A stretch of DNA of 45,871 bases from a virus (Duplodnaviria; Caudoviricetes): positions 1-45,871 of the IMG/VR virus record IMGVR_UViG_3300048560_000066, one strand, 5' to 3'. Positions 1 to 8,629 of this stretch are shown piece after piece. A model generated the notes under the pieces. The model made no database searches and had not been told where the DNA came from. It saw nothing but the letters and a program-made list of their open reading frames with translations. Each line of letters begins with the position of its first letter. Position 1 is the stretch's first letter. Both the position numbers and the translations under genes were made by a program.

Positions 1-168
1 GAGGTACGCGCGCTGGAGGTTCGCGCCCCGGAGGAACGCGCGCTGGAGGTCCGCGCCCTGGAGGTTCGCGCGCTGGAGGTACGCGCGCTCGCCGCCCGCT
101 TCCCCGCGCAAGTAGAGTGCGTGCTTCGAGAGAACGACTTTCAACTCTTCAGCGGTGTATGTTTTCAT
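1..168 (-). CDS. 5' fragment of pentapeptide-repeat gene (same locus as 45018-45791)
   Basis: ATG at 168, [33 protein letters not shown]..., runs off the window edge. Confidence 0.9.
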   Translation of the reverse strand, partial: MKTYTAEELKVVLSKHALYLRGEAGGERAYLQRANLQGADLQRAFLRGANLQRAYL

Positions 169-248
169 GGTTTCCTTTCAAATACAGCGTAACACATCCA
201 CTTCCGTTCCGCAACTCAACTCCGCAACTGCACCACTTTCCCCTCGAC
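1..248. repeat. Terminal overlap, left copy (matches 45624-45871)
   Basis: Identical by eye except 118 (T vs C at 45741) and 121 (G vs A at 45744). Confidence 0.95.
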
Positions 249-2588
249 CTCGGGCTTCGCGTCCGTCCCCGCCGCGAGGAGTTGTCGCGAGGGCGAGTAA
301 ATCCACGTGCGCATACCGCCGCGGTTGATCTGGTGCCGGAGGAAGCCGAACCGCTTCAGCGCCCGCCCGCCGTCTTGCATCCGCCTCGCGTTGAGCTGCT
401 CCCGCGCGCACCCGAGCGCTTCCATGAGGCAGCCCGCGAGCGTGAATTCCATCGGGCGCTTCTCCGATGACTGCCGCGTCCACCACGCCGCGATGGCGTC
501 GACCATCGGGTCGAGCATGGCGAACTCGGTCGCGATGCTCATCACTTCCTTCATCTCCTGGCCCTCGAGCCACCATGCGTGTTTAGGACAGCGGAGCCCG
601 GGCCACGTCGGGCACTCAGCGCACTGGAAGCCCTCGAGGTAGTAGTGCAGCGCCTCCGCGAGGAGCTGGTCCCGCTCGAGTTTCAACGCCCGAATGTCGA
701 TATCGTCGCCCACGCGGAGGACCCACTCCCGCCGATTCGGCTCGCTGAGAATGTCCTCGTCGTTCGACGAGCCGACGAGGCACGCGCGCCGCGGGAACGT
801 CTCGATGACCTTCCCGTACGGCGGTCGGAAGCGGTCGACCTTCTTGCTGAGGAAGCCCTTCGCGGTCTCCGCGTCGGTGCCGCGGTAGTGGGAGAGCTCG
901 GCCTGCTCGATGAGCCAGAACTTCGCCATGAAGGCCGAGCCCTCTTTCGAGCGCATGTCAACGCTCTCGTCCGCGTAGAACCGCCCCGCGACCGCCTCGA
1001 TGAAGCTCGACTTCCTCGCGCCGTAGGCGCCCGTGAGGATGAGCATGTTGTCCATCTTGCAGCCCGGCTCCATCGCCCGCGCCACGAGAGACATGAGCCA
1101 CTTCCGGCCGATGAGCGCGGTGTACTGCCCGGCGCTCGTGCCAAGGATGCGCATCGCGAACGAGTCCGCGCGCGGCTGGCGGTCCCATACCAACGACGAG
1201 ATCTCGTCGCGAAGCGGGTCGTACTCGTTCCGTCGCGCCGCCGCGAGGAGCACCGGCCCGACGACGTTCGGCGAGACGTTGATTTTGTACTCGCTCGCCT
1301 GAAACCAGCACGCCGTCTCGGTGTGCAACACCGCATCGCCCACGCCCGCGAGCGGGCCGCCGACGAGGTCGATGTCTTTCGTGAGCGCGTTGAACTTCAG
1401 GGCGCCCTTCCACGCCGGGTCGTTCAGGAGGATGAGGAGGAGGTTGTGCTCGGCGGTGACGAACTTCGGACCGGTGGGCGATTGCGTGGTGAGGAGCTTC
1501 GTACGCCAGGATGGGGCGGGCTCGGAGACGACCGCGACGGGCGCATCTTCCGGGTCGCTCGCGGGAGCGCGGCCCGCGAGGCGCGCGAACGCGGCGGCCT
1601 CCGCGGCCTTGTGCGCGTCGCCCTTCGCCCGGCGCTCGCTCGCCGCCGCGTAATTCCGGGCGAGCTGCTCGTAGCACCACTCGTGCGTGTCGCCGTTGAG
1701 CATCGTCATGGAGTCGATGCACGGGCGCAGAATTTCCTTGACGTGCTCCTCGGAGAGCGCCGGGGTGAGCAGGAACACGAGGAGCGAGACCGCGTCGTTG
1801 ATGGCGTTGCTCTGGTTCCCGGGGGCGCTGAGCGGCTGCGCGGCGAGGATGACCTCCCCGAGCTTGCGCGAGTCGGGGCGCTTGAGTCGGCGGATGCCGA
1901 GCGCGACCTGGGTCATGTCGACGGGGCCGCTCGGGAGTTCGGGGCGCGGGGAAGAAAGGCCGCTCACGGAGGGGGGAAAGGAGGAAACCCCCTCCGGAGC
2001 GGGGGGCGCGATGCTCCGCGCCCGCGAATTGGTTCGAAGAACTTCATCGACGTCGACCGACGCGCCGAAGCCTTCACACGCGACGACCTCGGCGCCCTGC
2101 GGCGCGCTCGGGAAGAAGTAGAGGCGCGCCAAATCCTTGCACGCGTCGTCGGCACGGAGGTTGAACTTCTCCGCCGTGCCGCGCCAAAGCGCGGACCACT
2201 CCTCGGGGAGCACGTCGCGCGACAGGCGCAGCACGAGCCGGTAGCCCTTGCCTGAATGCGTCGAGTGGAAGACGTACGAGTAGCCCTCGAGGCTGGCGCC
2301 GATGGCGGCGAGCTCGACTTCGGTCACGTCGTCGAGGTCGAACACCGCTGCGGAGAGCGCGAGCACGTTCTCGTTCGCACGCTTCGGGGCCTTGAGCCGC
2401 ACCGGGCTCCATGCGAGCCCGTCCTTGTGAGGACACTGGTGTCCCTTGCACGATTCCACGGTGCATGCGGTGCGCTCGTGGCTTTGAAGGTCCTTCGTGA
2501 GCTGCGCCCAGGTGACGACCGGCGCGCCCATCGGGGTCGGATCCTTTTTGCTCGCGTACACCACAATCGCGATGGAATCGAGAGGCAT
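216..2588 (-). CDS. Primase-helicase: N-terminal AEP/primase-polymerase-like domain plus VirE/VapE-like ATPase
   Basis: AVFDLDD, YVFHSTHS, YRLVLRL primase-type motifs; C-terminal MEPGCKMDNMLILTGAYGARKSSF Walker A and DRFRPPYG...FPRRACLVGSSN typical of VirE domains. Confidence 0.85.
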   Translation of the reverse strand: MPLDSIAIVVYASKKDPTPMGAPVVTWAQLTKDLQSHERTACTVESCKGHQCPHKDGLAWSPVRLKAPKRANENVLALSAAVFDLDDVTEVELAAIGASLEGYSYVFHSTHSGKGYRLVLRLSRDVLPEEWSALWRGTAEKFNLRADDACKDLARLYFFPSAPQGAEVVACEGFGASVDVDEVLRTNSRARSIAPPAPEGVSSFPPSVSGLSSPRPELPSGPVDMTQVALGIRRLKRPDSRKLGEVILAAQPLSAPGNQSNAINDAVSLLVFLLTPALSEEHVKEILRPCIDSMTMLNGDTHEWCYEQLARNYAAASERRAKGDAHKAAEAAAFARLAGRAPASDPEDAPVAVVSEPAPSWRTKLLTTQSPTGPKFVTAEHNLLLILLNDPAWKGALKFNALTKDIDLVGGPLAGVGDAVLHTETACWFQASEYKINVSPNVVGPVLLAAARRNEYDPLRDEISSLVWDRQPRADSFAMRILGTSAGQYTALIGRKWLMSLVARAMEPGCKMDNMLILTGAYGARKSSFIEAVAGRFYADESVDMRSKEGSAFMAKFWLIEQAELSHYRGTDAETAKGFLSKKVDRFRPPYGKVIETFPRRACLVGSSNDEDILSEPNRREWVLRVGDDIDIRALKLERDQLLAEALHYYLEGFQCAECPTWPGLRCPKHAWWLEGQEMKEVMSIATEFAMLDPMVDAIAAWWTRQSSEKRPMEFTLAGCLMEALGCAREQLNARRMQDGGRALKRFGFLRHQINRGGMRTWIYSPSRQLLAAGTDAKPEVEGKVVQLRS

Positions 2589-2594
2589 CAAATC

Positions 2595-2623
2595 ACCTTA
2601 AGGCGGCGGGTGCGCGGCGTCAA
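2595..2623 (-). promoter_or_regulatory. Sigma70-type promoter giving a leaderless primase mRNA
   Basis: TTGACG-N17-TAAGGT-N6-ATG(2588); no Shine-Dalgarno. Confidence 0.7.
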
Positions 2624-3105
2624 GGTTTCCGTTCGGGAGTCGCCGGCTCCTCCAGGTAGCCCTGCGCGCGACGGATGTCCTTCGGGTCGGGCGCCGTGAC
2701 GACCTTCGCGGCCAGCTCGCGATCGATGTACGCGTAGCTGAGCGTCTTCGCGAGCATGTCCAACGCCCGCTCGTCAGTGAGGTTGAAACCGTCCTCCACC
2801 CAGGTCTCGCTCACGGTAAACTGCACCGTCCACGTGTACGCCATGCGCCCGTCGGGAGTGGTTATCGATTCATACGGCGCCCAGAACTCCCCTTCCTCCC
2901 AGACGTCTTGCACGAGCGCCTCAAGGTCCCTATCGCGCTCGCCGTCGACGAACACCAGCGTATCGGGCCCGCGCTCCAACGTGACTTCCGCATCGGGGCC
3001 GCCGACCTCCAAGAGCCGCGTCATGCACAGCTTGTGGTACTGCGCCATTTCCGCGTCGGTGATCTCGCACCCCGCGTCATTGCTGCTGACGAATCGGATT
3101 TTCAT
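2620..3105 (-). CDS. Hypothetical acidic protein
   Basis: 161-aa ORF, AAGG upstream, ATGA overlap with upstream gene. Confidence 0.7.
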   Translation of the reverse strand: MKIRFVSSNDAGCEITDAEMAQYHKLCMTRLLEVGGPDAEVTLERGPDTLVFVDGERDRDLEALVQDVWEEGEFWAPYESITTPDGRMAYTWTVQFTVSETWVEDGFNLTDERALDMLAKTLSYAYIDRELAAKVVTAPDPKDIRRAQGYLEEPATPERKP

Positions 3106-3260
3106 CGCTTCACCTTTCCTTGCACCGCGCGCCCGGGGTACAGCCGCTCGTCCCCGCTGAGGAGAACGAACGCGACGGAGAGCGCGAAGACCGCCGCAAT
3201 CACGAGGATGAGAACCACCACCGCGAGCACTGCCGCTTCGCCGTCATCCGCCACAGGCAT
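3102..3260 (-). CDS. Small single-pass membrane protein
   Basis: AAVLAVVVLILVIAAVFALSVAFVLL hydrophobic run; fills the gap between neighbours. Confidence 0.55.
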   Translation of the reverse strand: MPVADDGEAAVLAVVVLILVIAAVFALSVAFVLLSGDERLYPGRAVQGKVKR

Positions 3261-3265
3261 TGACT

Positions 3266-3916
3266 TCAAGTGTATTCCTCCGCTTCTTTTCGGGTCATGA
3301 AAAAGTGAATCCCCTCCGTGCACTCGACGCGAATGTCGTCGTCGTAGTTCTCTTCGCGCGCGGTCTCGCCGACCCGGTAGATGAAGCGCGGGTCGTAGAG
3401 CGAAGTGAACTCAGTTTCCCCGGGCGCGCTGAACGCTTCGAACACGCAAACTTCCGAGGCGCGGCACTTCCGGCCGACGAGCGAGCTCGTCCGCTTGCCC
3501 GTCACGAGGAGCTTGAGCACCGCTCCACGCACTTTTTTCCACGCGACGAAAGCGCCTTCCTGGGGGCAGAGCTGGAACGCGGGGAGGTTCGCGCCCTGGA
3601 GGTCCGCGCCCCGGAGGTCCGCGCCCTGGAGGTTCGCGTCCTGGAGGTCCGCGCCCTGGAGGTACGCGCCCTGGAGGTTCGCGCCCCGGAGGTTCGCGCC
3701 CTGGAGGTACGCGCCCTGGAGGTTCGCGCCCTGGAGGTCCGCGCCCCGGAGGTCCGCGCCCTGGAGGTTCGCGCCCCGGAGGAACGCGCGCTGGAGGTCC
3801 GCGCCCTGGAGGTTCGCGCGCTGGAGGTACGCGCGCTCGCCTCCCGCTTCCCCGCGCAAGTAGAGCGCATGCTTCGAGAGAACGACTTTCAACTCTTCAG
3901 CGGTGTATGTTTTCAT
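3266..3916 (-). CDS. Pentapeptide-repeat protein with DUF5758-like C-terminus (copy A, 16 repeats)
   Basis: A(N/D/Y/F)L(Q/R)(G/R/D) repeats at 3593-3832; KCRAS...[22 protein letters not shown]; RBS GAAAGGAAACC. Confidence 0.9.
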   Translation of the reverse strand: MKTYTAEELKVVLSKHALYLRGEAGGERAYLQRANLQGADLQRAFLRGANLQGADLRGADLQGANLQGAYLQGANLRGANLQGAYLQGADLQDANLQGADLRGADLQGANLPAFQLCPQEGAFVAWKKVRGAVLKLLVTGKRTSSLVGRKCRASEVCVFEAFSAPGETEFTSLYDPRFIYRVGETAREENYDDDIRVECTEGIHFFMTRKEAEEYT

Positions 3917-3940
3917 GGTTTCCTTTCGGATCTACTTCAG

Positions 3941-3982
3941 CGCGCCGCCCGGTCTCGAACCGGAACCGATTCCCCTCGGCGC
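3941..3982 (-). ncRNA. tRNA-like minihelix (acceptor stem plus T-arm)
   Basis: GCGCCG-12nt-TCCGG TTCGAGA CCGGG-CGGCGC, just upstream of the copy A RBS. Confidence 0.5.
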
Positions 3983-4054
3983 TTCCACGCGAGCGTTACT
4001 CGCGATGCATCATGGCCTTTCCCTCCATGCCGGTTTCGCACGCATGCTACGCGC

Positions 4055-4297
4055 TCACTTCACAAAGACATAACAATTCCCCATGCCGTTTGGCAAGCCC
4101 CCGCCGGCGAGTCGCCCGTGCGTGTCCTCAAGCCAGCCAAGCTTCTGAGCGAGCCCGCGCGCAACCGCATCGTGATTTTGGTCGACAGAGAGCGCGTCAT
4201 CCCAGGCGAAGGTCAGACGCCCCGCTTGGCACCAGGCGACGATGCGCGAGCCGCGATGATTCGTCGGGCCCAGGTACTTCGTTAGGATGGCTTGCAT
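4055..4297 (-). CDS. Phage hypothetical protein
   Basis: MQAILTKYLGPTNHRGSRIVA N-terminus resembles a recurrent phage early-protein family; GAAGGGGG upstream. Confidence 0.7.
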   Translation of the reverse strand: MQAILTKYLGPTNHRGSRIVAWCQAGRLTFAWDDALSVDQNHDAVARGLAQKLGWLEDTHGRLAGGGLPNGMGNCYVFVK

Positions 4298-4554
4298 GAC
4301 GCCCCCTTCAAGGCGTGAAGTTGCCGGGCGAGGTCCGCTGCGAGTTCCTGACTCGCTTCGAGCTTCGCCTCGAGGTCGGCGGTCATCTTCGCGAACGTCT
4401 CGCTGCACAGCTGTGCTTTGAGCAGGTCGATCTCGTTTCGGAGGTCCGCGATCAGCTCGTCGCGTTCGTTCCGTTCGCGAATCAGCTCGTCGACACGATT
4501 CGCGAGGGCTCGGTTGACCGCTTGCCGCCCGATTTCCTCTGCGGTGCGGCTCAT
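4282..4554 (-). CDS. Coiled-coil hypothetical protein
   Basis: GGAGG RBS, ATGA overlap, heptad-like E/L/R-rich sequence. Confidence 0.65.
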   Translation of the reverse strand: MSRTAEEIGRQAVNRALANRVDELIRERNERDELIADLRNEIDLLKAQLCSETFAKMTADLEAKLEASQELAADLARQLHALKGASCKPS

Positions 4555-4865
4555 TTGCCCTCCGCCTTGGCGATAGCGGCGCGAACGGCTTGCATTGCGT
4601 CGTACCACTCGTCGTAGCTGACCGCGTCGGGCACGTTGTTCTCGGAGTCGTAATACATTCCGTGCTCGGCCTTTTTGAGCGCCTCGAGCATCTCGGGCAT
4701 GACGTTGAGCGCGTGCACGATGCGGTGCACGTATTCGTCGGCCTCGCTGGGGCGAATCGGGAACGACCCGTCCGCCATATTGCTGCGAACGACGGCGAGG
4801 ATCTCCACCCCGTCCCGCGCGATGCCCCGCCCGGGTTCGACGGTGTACTTCGGTTTGGTGCTCAT
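4551..4865 (-). CDS. Hypothetical protein ending PEMLEALK...AAIAKAEG
   Basis: GGAGG RBS, ATGA overlap, C-terminal motif common in phage early genes. Confidence 0.7.
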   Translation of the reverse strand: MSTKPKYTVEPGRGIARDGVEILAVVRSNMADGSFPIRPSEADEYVHRIVHALNVMPEMLEALKKAEHGMYYDSENNVPDAVSYDEWYDAMQAVRAAIAKAEGK

Positions 4866-5005
4866 TTGCCCTCCGCGTCGTACCGTCGCTCGGAGCCGTC
4901 GGGAGCGACCTCGAGCCAGCCGACCAAGCGTCCGTAGACGTCCGTGAGGGCGATGGTGCGCGTGCCGTTGGGGTTGACGTAGGTCCTGATGTTTCGCGTT
5001 TTCAT
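4862..5005 (-). CDS. 47-aa hypothetical protein missing from the ORF track
   Basis: MKTRNIRTYVNPNGTRTIALTDVYGRLVGWLEVAPDGSERRYDAEGK; GAGGAG RBS; ATGA overlaps on both sides. Confidence 0.7.
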   Translation of the reverse strand: MKTRNIRTYVNPNGTRTIALTDVYGRLVGWLEVAPDGSERRYDAEGK

Positions 5006-5274
5006 GGGTTCTCCTCTTTCACGTTACATGCGGCAATCCACACCAGCCGCTCCCAGTTCTCCACGTCGTCGGCGAGGTCCGCTGCTTCCCACGCGCCATA
5101 CTCTTTCAGCTCGGCGCGGACGTCCTCTGGGCGGATGCCTGGGTTGAGTTCGGCAATCTTCGGCGCCCAGCGGCTCACGTCAGCATCACAGGGACCGGGG
5201 TGCGCGCACTCTTCGACGGCGGCACTTGGGAGGCGGACCTCGAAACGGTTGAACACAGCGTGCGTGATGCTCAC
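5002..5274 (-). CDS. Hypothetical protein
   Basis: GTGA overlap, GGAGG RBS, ELKEYGAW...RLVWIAAC motif. Confidence 0.7.
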   Translation of the reverse strand: MSITHAVFNRFEVRLPSAAVEECAHPGPCDADVSRWAPKIAELNPGIRPEDVRAELKEYGAWEAADLADDVENWERLVWIAACNVKEENP

Positions 5275-5453
5275 TCGTCCTCCGCCGCGATCCGCCGCTG
5301 TTCAACCGCGATGCTGATCGCGAGATTGTTGAAGTATTCTGAAACGCATTCATACACCCCGGGGATAGCCAACAGCTCTGCCTGTGAGACCCCGTCGAGC
5401 GCAATGTCGAGCGCAGCATCAAACTCTTCTGTGGTGATCGGTTCAGTGCTCAT
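5271..5453 (-). CDS. Small acidic hypothetical protein
   Basis: GAAAGGAG RBS, coupled to downstream gene. Confidence 0.7.
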   Translation of the reverse strand: MSTEPITTEEFDAALDIALDGVSQAELLAIPGVYECVSEYFNNLAISIAVEQRRIAAEDE

Positions 5454-5470
5454 GGTGTTGCTCCTTTCAA

Positions 5471-5508
5471 GCCCCGGGCCGGAGTCGAACCGGCCTACGC
5501 CAGCGGGG
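5471..5508 (-). ncRNA. tRNA-like minihelix (acceptor stem plus T-arm)
   Basis: CCCCG-9nt-GCCGG TTCGACT CCGGC-C-CGGGG filling the intergenic gap before RBS GAAAGGAG. Confidence 0.5.
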
Positions 5509-5510
5509 TG

Positions 5511-5852
5511 TTACCGCACGTCGATCGATACGTAGTAATGAAGCTCGCACTCGTCGTGGTCGGTGAGGCAATCGGCATGGAGCGCCTCGCGGTCGTCCGA
5601 CTCGTCGGCCTCGAGATCCTCCAGGGTCCGACCGCTCTCAGCAAGCACGGCCTCGCGCAGCTGCGCTTCTGAGACCTCCCAGTCACACCCATTGACCAGC
5701 TGCTCCCGCGCGTCGCCCAGCGCTTCGTTGACGCTGTCGCCGACCCCGGTCACGCAGGCGGTGAACCGGGTGAAGCTCACTCCGTGGCCCTGGAAGTACT
5801 GGGCGTGCTCGGGGCCGTGGAACACCACTCGGATCTCTTGAGGCTGTTTCAT
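5511..5852 (-). CDS. Acidic hypothetical protein, probably first gene of the early operon
   Basis: GAAAGGAG RBS; AT-rich upstream segment with TATAGT (5893-5888). Confidence 0.7.
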   Translation of the reverse strand: MKQPQEIRVVFHGPEHAQYFQGHGVSFTRFTACVTGVGDSVNEALGDAREQLVNGCDWEVSEAQLREAVLAESGRTLEDLEADESDDREALHADCLTDHDECELHYYVSIDVR

Positions 5853-5988
5853 ACTGCTCCTTTCGGCGCCGAGAAAAACAGCGCCCTCACTATATGGCGA
5901 TCTGCGGACTCGAAAACAATTAAAAATGAATTTCCCCCGAATTTCCGAGCCGCTAAGTCCTCAGAACGGCTCGAAATGACGCGTAAAG

Positions 5989-6405
5989 TCACGTAGCAGA
6001 AAAATCGACATCGGCCTGTTTCAAGGGCTTAGCTTCGTCTTGCACGGGGCGTGCCGCTTGCGACTTCCGTGCCAGGTGCTCAGCCCAGCGCCGGCTGAAC
6101 TCCATCGCCCGCTCATAGTTCGACAGGCCGCGCAGCTCAGGCACCACCCCCATGAGAGAGCGGCGCCCACCCACTTGCCACCCAAGGGCCTTGGGGCTCG
6201 CCTTCAGATGGGTCATCAGCGCCCGGCAGCGCTGCCTGGTGAGGTGTTCGGGCTGGATCCCGATGGCGGCGAGGTCGGGGAATAGCTCTGCGCTACCGGG
6301 CTCGTAGCCATCGGAGGGCTTGGGCGCCTTGGCGGTACCGGTTCGACGGCCGTCAAAGAGGGTTCCGCTCTGGTACGCTGCTTCGATGTCATCGCTGAGG
6401 GGCAT
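5989..6405 (-). CDS. Hypothetical protein
   Basis: ATG 6405 lies 6 nt below TTGACA-N16-TACACG. Confidence 0.55.
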   Translation of the reverse strand: MPLSDDIEAAYQSGTLFDGRRTGTAKAPKPSDGYEPGSAELFPDLAAIGIQPEHLTRQRCRALMTHLKASPKALGWQVGGRRSLMGVVPELRGLSNYERAMEFSRRWAEHLARKSQAARPVQDEAKPLKQADVDFSAT

Positions 6406-6411
6406 GGTAGT

Positions 6412-6451
6412 CGTGTACACCACCCCGAGGCACTGTCAAGTTTTCGGGGTG
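6412..6451 (-). promoter_or_regulatory. Promoter bracketed by an inverted repeat (possible operator or hairpin)
   Basis: TTGACA (6439-6434) between CACCCCGA (6421-6428) and TCGGGGTG (6444-6451). Confidence 0.5.
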
Positions 6452-6712
6452 CTGGTGACATGGCCGACCTGGTGACATCGCGTTTCGACGGAATGCTGAA
6501 TAGTCTCGGGCAGATGCACGACCATGTAACCAGTCACCGGCCGGCACTGGCACTTTCAGCAACTTTTTAGAAAAAAGATATATACATGGGGTGGTGGGGG
6601 GGATGACAACCCCATCTATACTTCCAAATTGCCAAAAGTTTTCTAGAAAGACTGGTTACCTGGTTACTACTGGTGATCTTCTAATTGTTTCGCTGTCTTA
6701 GCGTGTCACCGA
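6452..6712. repeat. Putative replication origin: CTGGTKAC-like iterons around a symmetric, locally AT-rich core
   Basis: Forward copies at 6452, 6469, 6652, 6660, 6670; reverse copies at 6526, 6533, 6705; nested inverted repeats centred near 6600. Confidence 0.55.
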
Positions 6713-7602
6713 CAGGTCGGGAGCAAGAAAGTTAAGTGATTCCTCCCACTTGGCGAGGCGCTCCCAGAAAAGTCTCTGCCGCGGGACGGGTCAATTTTGA
6801 CATATGGTCACATATGGCCGCGAAATATTCCACTTTTATTCACGAAATAGGCCAAATACTCACGCTTTTGGGGTGGGGTACACCCCGCTTGCACTTTTGA
6901 AGCCGCCGCGCGCGGATAAGTATCCGACCAATATCCCCGAATATAGTCTCGCGCGAGAGACGGGTCCGACTGCACCCGTCCACCGCGCGGGACGGCAGCT
7001 CACTCCACCGCGTGCAGCTCATAGCCACACACCTGCCACTCGGAGTTGCAGCCGTCAGCCTCGCGCACCGCGTACCAACTGGCGTCCTGGCTCGCCGTGA
7101 CGCGGCCGCGGGCCATCACGGTGCCGCTGGCCACGTGCACGACTTCGACGAGCGTACCGAGGCGGGGGGCGCTGCTGGGATTCATCACGGCGGGGGTGGT
7201 GTGCTTGGTCATGCCCTGGGGTATTGCTCGGCGCGTGCCAGGGGCGTGGAGCGCCAAGGGCGCGGAGAGACGTGGGCTGAGCAGGGCGAGTGGAGCGTGG
7301 GCGCCCCGAGTGGAGTGCGCGTGCATGCACCAGCGTCCCGGCTTCGTACAGGCGCGGTTGTGAGCTCACGTTACACTGGGATGGCATGGAGCGTGCATGC
7401 GTGGGTGACTATGACATTCGCGTCATACGGTCACGTATGGTGGGAGGGTGGGGGCGCATGGGTGTAAGGTCAGGCTACATCTCGAGGGATATTGTAAGGC
7501 GGGCGTGCTGCGCTCGTAAGCCAGCGGAAACGCTGGAAAATGCATCGACTCCAAGGGGGTGGGGGAAAAAGATTTGTATATACTGAATAAACCTGGGGCG
7601 GA

Positions 7603-7650
7603 CTTTTCGGGAATATCCTAGACCTCTGGCTACCTTTTCGGGAATATCCT
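7603..7650. repeat. 17-bp direct repeat CTTTTCGGGAATATCCT x2 upstream of the packaging genes
   Basis: Copies at 7603-7619 and 7634-7650, 31-bp period. Confidence 0.85.
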
Positions 7651-7745
7651 GGGCCGAAATACCGACCGCGCACAAAACTAAAGCGGGGCTGAAGGATCGT
7701 GCATGGTCACGGACCCTTACGATCCGGCCGGCCGAGGAAAAGAAC

Positions 7746-7775
7746 TTGACATTCGGCCCGGCTGCGTGACACTAT
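7746..7775 (+). promoter_or_regulatory. Sigma70-type promoter for the packaging operon, leaderless
   Basis: TTGACA-N18-CACTAT-N6-GTG(7782). Confidence 0.55.
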
Positions 7776-7781
7776 GCCCGG

Positions 7782-8222
7782 GTGCGAGAAGTCCTCTCAG
7801 CGCTCGAGCAGCAACGCCGCCCGGTGAAGCTGGTCTCCCCGACGAAGGTGAGCCGGCGCGGGACCTTCCGCGACGCGCTCCGTATGGCCCTCGGGCCAGA
7901 TGGTGAGCGGGCCTGGCGCGTGATTCTGGACATCGCCGAAGGCCGGCCCTGGACCCCGACGCTGGAGAACGGCGCGACGGCCGAGCCCGTAGTGCCCAGC
8001 ACCCGCGACCGCCTCGAGGCCGCCACCTACCTGGCGAACGCGCTCTTCGGCAAGCCCGTCGAGCAGACCCAGGTCGCCGCGGCGGAGAAGGCCGCCCAGG
8101 ACAACGCCGAACTCGTGCGGCTGTCCGATGACGAGCTCTTTGCCCGCGCGCGGGCCATCGTCGAGGGGACCGTGGTCAAGGTGACCGAGGTTCCCGACGC
8201 CTCCGAGGAGCCCTCCGAGTGA
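7782..8222 (+). CDS. Probable terminase small subunit
   Basis: First gene of the packaging arm, 146 aa, RLEAATYLANALFGKPVE and RLSDDELFA motifs; mostly positional. Confidence 0.55.
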   Translation: MREVLSALEQQRRPVKLVSPTKVSRRGTFRDALRMALGPDGERAWRVILDIAEGRPWTPTLENGATAEPVVPSTRDRLEAATYLANALFGKPVEQTQVAAAEKAAQDNAELVRLSDDELFARARAIVEGTVVKVTEVPDASEEPSE

Positions 8223-8629
8223 TCTCCGTCCGGCACATGTCGCCCGACGACGAGCGTTTCGTCCGCGCGAGCTGGTTCGAGTCGTACTGGATGGACTACC
8301 AGCGCGAGCGCGGCATCGCCTTCGCCGACTACAAGGCCGGGCAGAACCGCCGTATCGAGACGCTCCTCGAGCGCTCTGAGGTCCTCGTCGCGTTCGCCCC
8401 CGCGGCGCCCGACGAAATCCTCGGGTACGCCGTCATCGAGGGCGAGGCCCTCCACTACACCTACGTCAAGTCCATTTACCGCCGTCGGGGGATCGCGACC
8501 GGGTTGATTCGTTCCCGGGCGAAGACGTACAGCGTGAAGACGCCCGGGATGAAAAAGCTCCTGGCGAAAGTGCCTTTGCAGTTCAACCCCTACACCATCG
8601 AGGACGCCGTCCCCGAGGAGCTCGCATGA
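8219..8629 (+). CDS. GNAT-family acetyltransferase-like protein
   Basis: ILGYAV...LHYTYVKSIYRRRGIATGLI resembles acetyl-CoA-binding motif A (RxxGxA). Confidence 0.7.
   Translation: MISVRHMSPDDERFVRASWFESYWMDYQRERGIAFADYKAGQNRRIETLLERSEVLVAFAPAAPDEILGYAVIEGEALHYTYVKSIYRRRGIATGLIRSRAKTYSVKTPGMKKLLAKVPLQFNPYTIEDAVPEELA

Noticed and set aside
1-248. Biological direct terminal repeat
   Set aside because: The repeat starts mid-gene inside a repeat array far from terS; a circular-assembly overlap is more likely.
3593-3832. CRISPR array
   Set aside because: The 15-bp units are contiguous coding repeats without unique spacers; the Cas4-like gene is a common stand-alone phage exonuclease.
6804-7675. 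Short ORFs in the inter-arm region
   Set aside because: No clear RBS, coupling or motifs; 7000-7212 on the - strand might be real but cannot be supported.
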